A program made the translations under genes and the position numbers. Under the pieces are notes generated by a model. It worked only from the letters and a program-made list of their open reading frames with translations. It was not told where the DNA came from and ran no database searches. Positions 1 to 9,074 of a stretch of DNA of 32,000 nucleotides are shown piece by piece (position 1 is the first letter of the stretch; every line of letters begins with the position of its first letter). Source of the stretch: Pseudomonas aeruginosa (GTDB lineage Bacteria; Pseudomonadota; Gammaproteobacteria; Pseudomonadales; Pseudomonadaceae); the NCBI RefSeq assembly GCF_001457615.1, contig NZ_LN831024.1, positions 1,320,001-1,352,000 of the forward strand. Reading direction: 5' to 3'.

Positions 1-1
1 C

Positions 2-226
2 GCCTATGGCAACCTGCGGGTCTGGCAGACCAAGGTGCTGGACAGCGTGCGCAGCCTGAAGAACATCAACGTCGCGGCAGTGCCCCAGGAACCCCTGGAG
101 AGCCTGTCCCGCGACCTGCCGCGTTCGATCAACTGGACCGTGATGATCAGCGAGGGCACCCTGTTCGTCACCGACGAGAACGGCCAGCACGAGTTGCAGC
201 TGGAGTGGCTGCAGGGCGAGCGTTGA
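2..226 (+). CDS. 3' end of an upstream protein-coding gene (hypothetical protein; the start lies outside the window)
   Basis: The frame is open from the window edge to TGA at 224-226 (74 codons). GC3 codon bias is strong, as in the confirmed genes here. No motif recognised. Confidence 0.7.
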   Translation, partial: AYGNLRVWQTKVLDSVRSLKNINVAAVPQEPLESLSRDLPRSINWTVMISEGTLFVTDENGQHELQLEWLQGER

Positions 227-269
227 TCGCCGCCGCCGTTTCCTTCCGTCGAGCCGAACGAGTGACCTG

Positions 270-1985
270 ATGCGTATCGAACCCCGCCCCCTGCCCGAAA
301 CCCTGCCCGATCTCGGCGACCTTCCGCCATTGCTGGCGCGCCTGTACGCGGCTCGTGGCGTGCGTTGCGCCGAGGAGCTGGACAAGGGCCTGGCGCGGCT
401 GATTCCCTACCAGCGGCTGAAAGGCATCGAAGAGGGCGTGGCGCTGCTGGTGGACGCCCTGGAGGGCGGCCAGCGGATTCTCATCGTCGGCGACTTCGAC
501 GCCGACGGCGCCACCGCCAGCAGCGTCGGCGTGCTGGCCCTGCGCATGCTCGGCGCGGCCTGGGTCGATTACCTGGTGCCGAACCGCTTCGAGTACGGCT
601 ACGGCCTGACCCCGGAGATCGTCGGCGTGGCCCTGGAGAAGCGTCCCGACCTGCTGGTGACGGTGGACAACGGCATCTCCAGCGTGGACGGCGTCCAGGC
701 GGCGAAAGCCGCGGGGCTCAAGGTGCTGGTCACCGACCACCACCTGCCTGGCCCGGAACTGCCGGCGGCGGATGCGATCATCAACCCCAACCAGCCGGGC
801 TGCGAATTCCCCAGCAAGGCCATGGCCGGGGTCGGGGTGATCTTCTATGTGATGCTGGCGTTGCGGGCGCGCCTGCGCGAGCTGGACTGGTTCGCCCGGC
901 GCGGGCTGAAGGAACCGAACCTCGCCGAGCTGCTCGACCTGGTGGCGCTGGGCAGCGTCGCCGATGTGGTGCCGCTCGATGCCAACAACCGCATCCTGGT
1001 CCACCAGGGCCTCGCGCGCATCCGCGCCGGCCGCGCCCGGCCGGGCTTGCGCGCGCTGCTGGAGGTGGCCGGGCGGCCTCCGGTACGGATCACCTCCACC
1101 GACCTGGGTTTCATCCTCGGTCCGCGCCTGAACGCGGCGGGTCGGCTCGACGACATGTCCCTCGGCATCGAATGCCTGCTCTGCGACGACGAAGCGCTGG
1201 CCCGCGACATGGCGGTGCAGCTCGACCAGTTGAACCAGGACCGCAAGGCCATCGAGCAGGGTATGCAGCGCGAGGCGCTGGCGCAGCTCAAGGAGCTGAG
1301 CCTGGAGCAACTGCCGTTCGGCTTGTGCCTGTTCGACGCCGACTGGCACCAGGGCGTGATCGGAATCCTCGCCTCGCGCCTGAAGGAGCGTTACCACCGG
1401 CCGACCATCGCCTTCGCCGATGCCGGCGACGGCAGCCTGAAAGGCTCGGCACGGTCGATTCCCGGCTTCCACATCCGCGACGCGCTGGACGCGGTAGCCG
1501 CCCGTCATCCCGGGCTGATCAGCAAGTTCGGCGGCCACGCGATGGCTGCCGGACTATCGTTGCCGCAGGAAAACTTCGGCGCTTTCTCCGCCGCCTTCGA
1601 TGCCGAAGTACGCCGCCAACTGGCCGAGGAGGACCTGGCCGGGCGCCTGCTCTCCGATGGCCAGTTGAGCATCCAGGAGTTCCACCTGGAGTTGGCGCGC
1701 GCGTTGCGCCAGGCCGGTCCCTGGGGCCAGCACTTTCCCGAGCCGATGTTCCACGGGGTGTTCCAGCTGGTGCAGCAGCGGATCGTCGGCGAGCGTCACC
1801 TGAAGCTGGTGCTGAAAAGCGAATGCGGCTCGCTGCAACTGGATGGCATTGCCTTCAACATCGACCGCGAGCAGTGGCCCAACCCTACCGTGCGCTGGGC
1901 CGAGCTGGCCTACAAGCTCGACGTCAACGAATTCCGCGGCCAGGAAAGCGTGCAACTGATGATCGTCCACATGGCTCCTCGCTGA
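270..1985 (+). CDS. recJ: Single-stranded-DNA-specific exonuclease RecJ
   Basis: 571-aa ORF with DHH-family motifs (ILIVGDFDADG, VLVTDHHLPG, FGGHAMAAG) and RecJ-like overall architecture. The antisense 456-aa ORF is a shadow. Confidence 0.93.
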   Translation: MRIEPRPLPETLPDLGDLPPLLARLYAARGVRCAEELDKGLARLIPYQRLKGIEEGVALLVDALEGGQRILIVGDFDADGATASSVGVLALRMLGAAWVDYLVPNRFEYGYGLTPEIVGVALEKRPDLLVTVDNGISSVDGVQAAKAAGLKVLVTDHHLPGPELPAADAIINPNQPGCEFPSKAMAGVGVIFYVMLALRARLRELDWFARRGLKEPNLAELLDLVALGSVADVVPLDANNRILVHQGLARIRAGRARPGLRALLEVAGRPPVRITSTDLGFILGPRLNAAGRLDDMSLGIECLLCDDEALARDMAVQLDQLNQDRKAIEQGMQREALAQLKELSLEQLPFGLCLFDADWHQGVIGILASRLKERYHRPTIAFADAGDGSLKGSARSIPGFHIRDALDAVAARHPGLISKFGGHAMAAGLSLPQENFGAFSAAFDAEVRRQLAEEDLAGRLLSDGQLSIQEFHLELARALRQAGPWGQHFPEPMFHGVFQLVQQRIVGERHLKLVLKSECGSLQLDGIAFNIDREQWPNPTVRWAELAYKLDVNEFRGQESVQLMIVHMAPR

Positions 1986-2018
1986 ACGCGCCACGGGGCC
2001 ACGGGCAACCTAGCTGCC

Positions 2019-2038
2019 CCCTGCTTTTCTGTTAGCTA
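2019..2038. promoter_or_regulatory. Possible second, degenerate las/rhl-box-like element (OP2-like) upstream of lasB
   Basis: CCCTGCTTTTCTGTTAGCTA lies about 60 bp upstream of the perfect palindrome at 2079-2098. It shares the CTGC...AG skeleton, but the dyad symmetry is poor. Placement follows published descriptions of two lasB operators, recalled from memory. Confidence 0.35.
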
Positions 2039-2078
2039 TTCCAGCGAAAACATACAGATTTCCGGCGAAATCAAGGCT

Positions 2079-2098
2079 ACCTGCCAGTTCTGGCAGGT
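2079..2098. promoter_or_regulatory. las/rhl box (LasR/RhlR operator OP1) of the lasB promoter
   Basis: ACCTGCCAGTTCTGGCAGGT has 9-bp perfect inverted arms around TT and fits the CT-N12-AG lux-box type. It is centred about 183 bp upstream of the lasB ATG, consistent with the published -42 position and a 141-nt leader. Confidence 0.85.
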
Positions 2099-2223
2099 TT
2101 GGCCGCGGGTTCTTTTTGGTACACGAAAGCACCGTCGAAAACGGGACCGAGCCAGGGGAGTGCAGTTCCTTCTACCCGAAGGACTGATACGGCTGTTCCG
2201 ATCAGCCCACAAGGCGGCGGTAA

Positions 2224-3768
<1,545 letters not shown>

Positions 3769-3936
3769 GCTCGGTGGTCCCGGCTGGCACTCCAGGAAGG
3801 AATGCCGGTCGGGGTCGCTCAAGCCGTCTTCCGCCAGGAGGGCGGCTGCTTTATGTCGCTTGGGCCGTTGGCCTCCGCGAACCCGGTCTAAAGTTCAGGT
3901 GTGAGCTTTATTCCAAGACCGACCGGGAGTCCTGCC

Positions 3937-5043
3937 ATGAGTCTGCTGTTCGAGCCTCTTAGCCTGCGTCAAATCACCTTGCCCAACCGCATCGCCGTAT
4001 CGCCCATGTGCCAGTACTCGGCGCAGGAGGGCCTGGCCAACGACTGGCATCTCGTGCACCTGGGCAGCCGCGCGGTGGGCGGCGCCGGCCTAGTGATAGT
4101 CGAAGCCACCGCGGTGTTGCCCGAGGGGCGCATCACCGCTGACGACCTCGGCATCTGGAGCGACGCGCATGTCGAGCCGTTGCATCGCATCACCCGTTTC
4201 ATCGAGTCCCAGGGCGCGGTCGCCGGGGTCCAGCTGGCCCACGCCGGGCGCAAGGCGAGTACCTGGCGGCCGTGGCTGGGCAAGCACGGCAGCGTGCCGA
4301 TCAGCGACGGCGGCTGGATACCGGTGGCGCCGTCGGCGATCCCGTTCGATCCCCAGCACACGACCCCCGAGGCCCTGAGCGAGGCGCAGATCGAGGCGCT
4401 GGTGCAGGCCTTCGTACGCGCCGCCGAGCGCTCCCTGGCTGCCGGCTTCAAGGTCGCGGAGGTGCATGCGGCCCACGGCTACCTGTTGCATCAGTTCCTC
4501 TCGCCGCTGTCGAACCAGCGTCGCGACCAGTACGGCGGCTGCTTCGAGAACCGCATCCGCCTGCTTCTGCAGGTCACCGCCGCGGTGCGCAAGGCCTGGC
4601 CGCAAGAGTTGCCGCTATTCGTGCGGCTGTCCGCCACCGACTGGGTGGAGGATGGCTGGAACCCCGACGAGACCGTGGAACTGGCCCGGCGCCTGAAGGA
4701 CCTGGGCGTGGACCTGATCGACGTGTCTTCCGGCGGTACCGCGGCGAATGCGGAAATCCCGGTAGGACCGGGCTACCAGACCGAGTTCGCCGAACGGGTG
4801 AAGAAGGAAGCCGGCATCGCCAGCGGCACGGTGGGCATGATCACCGAGCCTGTGCAGGCCGAGCATATCCTGCGCACCGGTCAGGCCGACCTGATCCTGC
4901 TTGCCCGTGAACTGCTGCGCGATCCGTACTGGCCGTTGCACGCCGCCGACGAACTGCGCAACGAGCAGATGCCCTGGCCGCCGCAGTACCTGCGAGCCGC
5001 TCATCGCAGCACGCCGCCGCGCAAATCCCTGGAAATGCAGTGA
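3937..5043 (+). CDS. Old Yellow Enzyme family NADH:flavin (FMN) oxidoreductase (YqjM/NamA-like)
   Basis: Motifs: N-terminal LPNRIAVSPMCQYS, HAAHGYLLHQFLSP, and LIDVSSGG. Start is set at ATG 3937 (GGGAG 7 nt upstream) rather than the track's GTG 3901. Confidence 0.88.
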   Translation: MSLLFEPLSLRQITLPNRIAVSPMCQYSAQEGLANDWHLVHLGSRAVGGAGLVIVEATAVLPEGRITADDLGIWSDAHVEPLHRITRFIESQGAVAGVQLAHAGRKASTWRPWLGKHGSVPISDGGWIPVAPSAIPFDPQHTTPEALSEAQIEALVQAFVRAAERSLAAGFKVAEVHAAHGYLLHQFLSPLSNQRRDQYGGCFENRIRLLLQVTAAVRKAWPQELPLFVRLSATDWVEDGWNPDETVELARRLKDLGVDLIDVSSGGTAANAEIPVGPGYQTEFAERVKKEAGIASGTVGMITEPVQAEHILRTGQADLILLARELLRDPYWPLHAADELRNEQMPWPPQYLRAAHRSTPPRKSLEMQ

Positions 5044-5155
5044 GCCGTCGGGGCCGTCGGCGCGGCGAGGCGCTGGCGGCCCACCTGATGGAAACCTTTG
5101 CCGACCTTGGCGGTCTGCCTGGCATCAGGAAATCAACCTGAGCGTTTCGTGGGAG

Positions 5156-5175
5156 ATATTGCGTAATGGCAATAT
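5156..5175. promoter_or_regulatory. Inverted repeat (candidate operator) within a sigma70-like promoter upstream of the 116-aa ORF
   Basis: ATATTGC-GTAATG-GCAATAT (7-6-7) is nested inside GGGAGA...TCTCCC (5151-5189). It overlaps a possible -35 TTGCGT (5159-5164) and -10 TATTCT (5181-5186, 16-bp spacer), in an AT-rich patch 57 bp upstream of ATG 5232. Confidence 0.35.
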
Positions 5176-5231
5176 GATGTTATTCTCCCGCGACGTTCGC
5201 TCCGGACCGCACTTCGAGAAAGGATGCTCGC

Positions 5232-5582
5232 ATGCACGCCAACGCCGGTTCTCCCCACGCCTCCCTGCCTGACAGCGATGTCGCCCTGCTGGCCAATATC
5301 CTGGTCCTGGCGACACGCAACATGAACAACATGACCACCATGCTGGCGCACCTTTCGGTGGAGCTCAGCCAGAGCGAAGAGCCACGCCTGCAACGGGTCG
5401 GTCATCGGGTCCTGAACGAACTCTCGGAGCTGGGGGCCGCCCTGGAGACCCAGTGGGACCTGATCGGCGCGCTGGCGCGTTTCTCACCCCTGCTCGAACG
5501 TACCCTGCCGCGCCAGGAACCCCTGGTCACCGAGATCCACCTCACCGAACTGCCGGGCCAGGCGCTGCCGCCCTCCGCCTGA
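5232..5582 (+). CDS. Hypothetical protein (116 aa, acidic, no recognisable domain)
   Basis: ORF with good GC3 bias, an AAGGA-like RBS region and its own AT-rich upstream region. No motif recognised. Confidence 0.65.
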   Translation: MHANAGSPHASLPDSDVALLANILVLATRNMNNMTTMLAHLSVELSQSEEPRLQRVGHRVLNELSELGAALETQWDLIGALARFSPLLERTLPRQEPLVTEIHLTELPGQALPPSA

Positions 5583-5594
5583 ACTGCGCGTCGC

Positions 5595-6236
5595 TCAGCC
5601 CTGCGCGGGGCGCTGCGACAGGTGTTCCAGGTAGCAGGCGATGATGTCCACCGACAGCTTGAGGCGGGTTTCCAGCAGCGCCATGGTCGGCTGGAAGTCG
5701 GCCACGCTGAGGGCCTTGAGGAACAGGTCGGCCTTGAGCATCTCGAGAAACTGGCAGGCCACCGCGTAGAGCGTTTCCTCGTCCATGTGAGGAGCGACCG
5801 CGGCCAGTCGCTCGCTGAGCAGCAGATAGCTCTGCTGCGGCCCCTGCTCGTAGAAGGACTTGCCGATCGCCGGAAACCGAGGGGATTCCGCCACCACCAG
5901 GCGATAGAGGCTCTGGCAGCGGGGATCGAGCAGGCTGGTGAGAAAGCGCCGGCCGAAATGCTCGAGGGTGGCGCTCAGCGTGGCGGCGGGGCGCGGCTGA
6001 TCGGCGCTGTCGTCGAAGATTTCCTCGATCATGTGGGCGATCACCGCGGCGAACAGGCCCTCCTTGCCGCCGAAGGAGCTGTACAGGGTCCCCCGTGAAC
6101 CACCGGCCCGTTCTATCACCATGTCCAGGGTGGTGCCTTCGAAACCGTGTTCGAGAAAGGCCTGGGTGGCGGCGTCGAGCATGGCGCGGCGGCGTTGCCT
6201 GCCGCGTTCGGTCAGACGGGGAGAAGCATCGTTCAT
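5595..6236 (-). CDS. nalC: TetR-family repressor NalC (represses PA3720-armR)
   Basis: 213-aa protein starting MNDASPRLTERGRQRRRAMLD, with TetR HTH TTLDMVIERAGGSRGTLYSSFGGKEGLF. Recognised as NalC. The track's 254-aa version extends into a non-coding leader. Confidence 0.93.
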   Translation of the reverse strand: MNDASPRLTERGRQRRRAMLDAATQAFLEHGFEGTTLDMVIERAGGSRGTLYSSFGGKEGLFAAVIAHMIEEIFDDSADQPRPAATLSATLEHFGRRFLTSLLDPRCQSLYRLVVAESPRFPAIGKSFYEQGPQQSYLLLSERLAAVAPHMDEETLYAVACQFLEMLKADLFLKALSVADFQPTMALLETRLKLSVDIIACYLEHLSQRPAQG

Positions 6237-6365
6237 GAGCGGTATCGGGCCTCGCGGGGTGGCGGTCGGAAGGTGCGCATGGTGGGCCGTCGGGACGGTC
6301 CGTTCAAGCCTCCAGGCGGTTTGCTGAGAGCGTTTCTCGTTAGGGTTGACGCTGGTCATTTAAGA

Positions 6366-6385
6366 ACTGTATCGTACAGTACTGT
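6366..6385. promoter_or_regulatory. Overlapping palindromes in the nalC / PA3720 divergent intergenic region (candidate NalC operator)
   Basis: ACTGTA-TCG-TACAGT (6366-6380) overlaps the perfect 10-bp palindrome ACAGTACTGT (6376-6385). It lies just downstream of TTGACG (6346-6351) and overlaps a possible -10 TATCGT. TetR repressors typically bind such dyads. Confidence 0.5.
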
Positions 6386-6440
6386 TTTGGCAAGCACTTC
6401 CGCTCATTCCTCCGCCTTGCCTCCCCGCAGGAGTCCCCCC

Positions 6441-6866
6441 ATGAATGCCCCCGCTAAGAGCCTGTTGGATATCGATGCCTTTCCCTTGGTCCAGGTCCGC
6501 GAGATGCCCCGCGAGCTGGCCGATGTCGAGCGCTGGTTGGAGGAGGTCGAGGCGCTGCTGGCCGTCGAGCGCGATTTCGCCCTGGTCTATCCGCCGCTCC
6601 CGCAGGAAACAGCTGAAGGCGACCAGCAGGCGCGCAAGCGCCTGGTGTTGTGGCTCAAGGAAAATCGCCAGCGCTTCGTCGAGCATTGCCGGGGCATCCT
6701 GCTCAGTGCCAACGGCCAGCCGGACAACCTCGCCGACCTGCAGCAACTGGCGCCGGTGCTGCAGGCTGTCTACGGCCCGCCGGTGAGCGTGGCGCCGGAC
6801 CTGGCGTCCGCCCGCGGTATGGCGAAGGCACTGCTGAGCGGGCCGGCGACGGGGATGAACTGGTGA
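6441..6866 (+). CDS. Hypothetical protein, first gene of the NalC-controlled two-gene operon (PA3720-like)
   Basis: 141-aa ORF from ATG 6441 with AGGAG 8 nt upstream. Its stop is 7 nt before the armR ATG. The track ORF starting at 6147 overlaps nalC and is over-extended. Confidence 0.85.
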   Translation: MNAPAKSLLDIDAFPLVQVREMPRELADVERWLEEVEALLAVERDFALVYPPLPQETAEGDQQARKRLVLWLKENRQRFVEHCRGILLSANGQPDNLADLQQLAPVLQAVYGPPVSVAPDLASARGMAKALLSGPATGMNW

Positions 6867-6873
6867 CGCCGCC

Positions 6874-7035
6874 ATGTCCCTGAACACTCCGCGCAACAAA
6901 CCGTCCCGCACCGAGACCGAAGCTGTCGCTGCCAGCTCGGGACGATCCGCCGTCGGCCGGCGGGATTACACCGAGCAGCTGCGCCGGGCAGCCCGGCGCA
7001 ATGCCTGGGACCTCTACGGCGAGCACTTCTACTGA
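6874..7035 (+). CDS. armR: ArmR, 53-aa antirepressor of MexR
   Basis: Manual translation gives MSLNTPRNKPSRTETEAVAASSGRSAVGRRDYTEQLRRAARRNAWDLYGEHFY, then a stop. It matches ArmR as I remember it. It is missing from the ORF track because it is under 60 aa. Confidence 0.9.
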   Translation: MSLNTPRNKPSRTETEAVAASSGRSAVGRRDYTEQLRRAARRNAWDLYGEHFY

Positions 7036-7182
7036 GCGGGCGTGCCGGATTGCCATTGGTGCGGGCGATGGAACACATCGTTTGATTCCTGGGCTCTTTA
7101 CCTCAAGTTAACTTGAGCTATCAGAATCCGCGCAGAGCGTCTGGCGATCTTGCCGGGCGCCACTCCATGCCCGGAGGCAACG

Positions 7183-8424
7183 ATGGATAGCCCGTCCACT
7201 CTCGCTCGTCCGCACCCCCAGGCCAGCCCGCGATGGCTGGCAGTTGCCAATGTGATCTTCGCCGGCATCGCCGCTGCCCTGCATGTCGGCAAGGCGACCA
7301 TCGCCCTGCCGTCGCTGCAACGGAGCTTCGGCGGCGACCTCGCCGCGCTGAGCTGGATCATGTCCGCCTTTCCGTTCGTCGGCGTATTCGGCGGCATCGC
7401 CGCCGGCCTCCTGGTGCGTCGTTGGGGAGATCGCCGGCTGCTGACCGTTGGGCTGGCGATTCTCGGCGGGGCGAGCCTGCTCGGTGCGTCGATGCAGGAC
7501 TTCGCCTGGTTGCTTGCCACTCGCTTCGTCGAGGGGCTCGGTTTCCTCATCGTGGTAGTGGCGGCGCCCGCCGTGTTGCACAGGATCACCAGCGAGACGC
7601 GGCGCAGCGTGGTGTTCGGTCTGTGGAGCACCTTCATGGCAGGCGGAATCGCCCTCTCGATGCTGTTCGGGCCGCTGCTCGCGGACTGGCGTGCCGACTG
7701 GCAACTGAGCGCACTGCTGGTACTGGTCGCGGCGCTGCTGCTGCCGCTCAGCGTCCCTGCCGACGATGGGTGCAGGGCGGCAGGCGTGAGGCCGGCCGGT
7801 CTTGGCACGTTGCTCAAGGTTCCGGCGATCACCCTGCTGGCGCTCGGCTTCACCACCTACAACCTGCAGTTCTTCGCCCTGATGACGTTCCTCCCCGTGT
7901 TCCTCATGCAGCGCCTGGGCGTCGCCCTGGAGACTGCGGGACTCATCGGCGCGGCCATCGTCGCGGCGAACGCCCTGGGCAATGTCGCGGCGGGCTTCAT
8001 CCTTTCCCGCGGCATACGTCCCGGCGCCTTGCTGGCGAGCACCGCGATCCTGATGGGACTCACCGGTGCGGCGTTCTTCCATGCCGCGACGCCGGGACTC
8101 CTGGCGATTGCGCTGGGGTTCGTCTTCTCGGCGGTCGCCGGCATGCTCCCCACCACCGTGCTGGCGACCGCGCCGCTGGCCTCGCCCGCGCCTTCGCTGA
8201 CGCCACTGGCCATCGGCTGGGTAATGCAGGGCAACTACCTGGGGCAGGTGATCGGCCCCTTGCTGATCGGCCTGATCGTCAGCCGTTTCGACTGGTCGGG
8301 CGCGATCGGCCTGATGCTGGTCGCGGGCGCGGCGGGGGCCGTCCTGGGGTTCTGCCTGCTGCGTGCGCTGGACGGCCTGCCTCGCGCCATTGCCACGGGT
8401 TCCGCGGCTCGCCCCGCGGATTAG
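7183..8424 (+). CDS. MFS transporter (12-TM type)
   Basis: 413-aa highly hydrophobic protein with an MFS motif-A-like GLLVRRWGDRRLL between predicted TM2 and TM3. ATG 7183 is preceded by GGAGG at 6-nt spacing. The track start (TTG 7150) is less likely. Confidence 0.85.
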   Translation: MDSPSTLARPHPQASPRWLAVANVIFAGIAAALHVGKATIALPSLQRSFGGDLAALSWIMSAFPFVGVFGGIAAGLLVRRWGDRRLLTVGLAILGGASLLGASMQDFAWLLATRFVEGLGFLIVVVAAPAVLHRITSETRRSVVFGLWSTFMAGGIALSMLFGPLLADWRADWQLSALLVLVAALLLPLSVPADDGCRAAGVRPAGLGTLLKVPAITLLALGFTTYNLQFFALMTFLPVFLMQRLGVALETAGLIGAAIVAANALGNVAAGFILSRGIRPGALLASTAILMGLTGAAFFHAATPGLLAIALGFVFSAVAGMLPTTVLATAPLASPAPSLTPLAIGWVMQGNYLGQVIGPLLIGLIVSRFDWSGAIGLMLVAGAAGAVLGFCLLRALDGLPRAIATGSAARPAD

Positions 8425-8492
8425 AAGAGAAACCGGCTTCGTGCAGGGCGGGTAGCCGAGCGACTATTCGTCCTGCGCATTGGTTCGGCACG

Positions 8493-8509
8493 GGCGGCCA
8501 GAGGCCGCC
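8493..8509. terminator. GC hairpin between convergent genes (possible bidirectional terminator, no U tract)
   Basis: GGCGGCC-AGA-GGCCGCC sits in the 98-bp gap between the MFS gene stop and the PPIase gene stop. Confidence 0.3.
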
Positions 8510-8522
8510 GCCGTCCCTCGGC

Positions 8523-8864
8523 TCAGTCGTCGCGGGTGAGCACTTCCAGCAGTTCGATCTCGAACAGCAGGTTGGAGTGGGGCTTGATGTGCGCGCCGAC
8601 CTGCCGTTCGCCGTAGGCCAGGTGGGAAGGGACGAACAGCCGTCGCTTGCCACCGACCTTCATGCCCATCAGGCCCTGGTCCCAACCCTTGATCACTCGT
8701 CCGGTGCCGATCACGCACTGGAATGGCCGGCCGCGCTCGTAGGAGGAGTCGAACAGCGTGCCGTCTTCCAGGGTGCCCTTGTACTGGGTGGTGATCAGCG
8801 CACCCTTCACTACCTCCTTGCCGTCGCCCAGGAGGAGGTCTTCGATCTGCAGTCGGTCGTTCAT
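8523..8864 (-). CDS. FKBP-type peptidyl-prolyl cis-trans isomerase
   Basis: 113-aa ORF with a canonical FKBP fold signature (TTQYKGTLEDGTLFDSSYERGRPFQCVIGTGRVIKGWDQGLMGMKVGGKRRLFVPSHLAYG...LLFEIELLEV). Confidence 0.93.
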   Translation of the reverse strand: MNDRLQIEDLLLGDGKEVVKGALITTQYKGTLEDGTLFDSSYERGRPFQCVIGTGRVIKGWDQGLMGMKVGGKRRLFVPSHLAYGERQVGAHIKPHSNLLFEIELLEVLTRDD

Positions 8865-9074
8865 GGGGCGGTACCTGCGCGGTTTGCGGAAAGCCGCGAT
8901 TCTGCCAGCAAGCGCGCCGCCTGTCGCCGAGCCGACGGATCAGGGCATTGCCAGGCGGTCCGCGGCACGGGCATCATGCCCGCGCCTTTCTGTCGGGAAG
9001 GCTACCGCGTTCCGCGATGTCGCGCGCATCGCGGCTGGACACATATCTCAGGGATCATACGAGAACATATCCGC

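Noticed and set aside
168-1538. 456-aa minus-strand ORF antisense to recJ. Similar long antisense ORFs occur at 2077-3336, 9228-10850, 12587-13906, 18423-20183, 20306-22063, 24992-26359 and 30143-31879.
   Set aside because: These are typical high-GC shadow ORFs. They are Arg/Ala/Gly/His/Gln-rich low-complexity translations with no motifs. Each is exactly opposite a gene whose product has clear conserved motifs and proper GC3 bias.
3826-3853. Possible terminator after lasB (CCGCC-AGGAG-GGCGG followed by CTGCTTTAT)
   Set aside because: The stem is only 5 bp and the T tract is interrupted, which is too weak to call.
3901-3936. GTG 3901 as the start of the OYE-family oxidoreductase
   Set aside because: ATG 3937 has a GGGAG Shine-Dalgarno at proper spacing. 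OYE homologues start close to the conserved LPNRIxxSPM motif, and the extra 12 residues are not supported.
5595-6359. Extended 254-aa version of NalC starting at 6359
   Set aside because: The extra 41 residues (MTSVNPNEKRSQQTAWRLERT...) precede the conserved TetR N-terminus and would consume the divergent promoter region. ATG 6236 gives the 213-aa protein I recognise as NalC.
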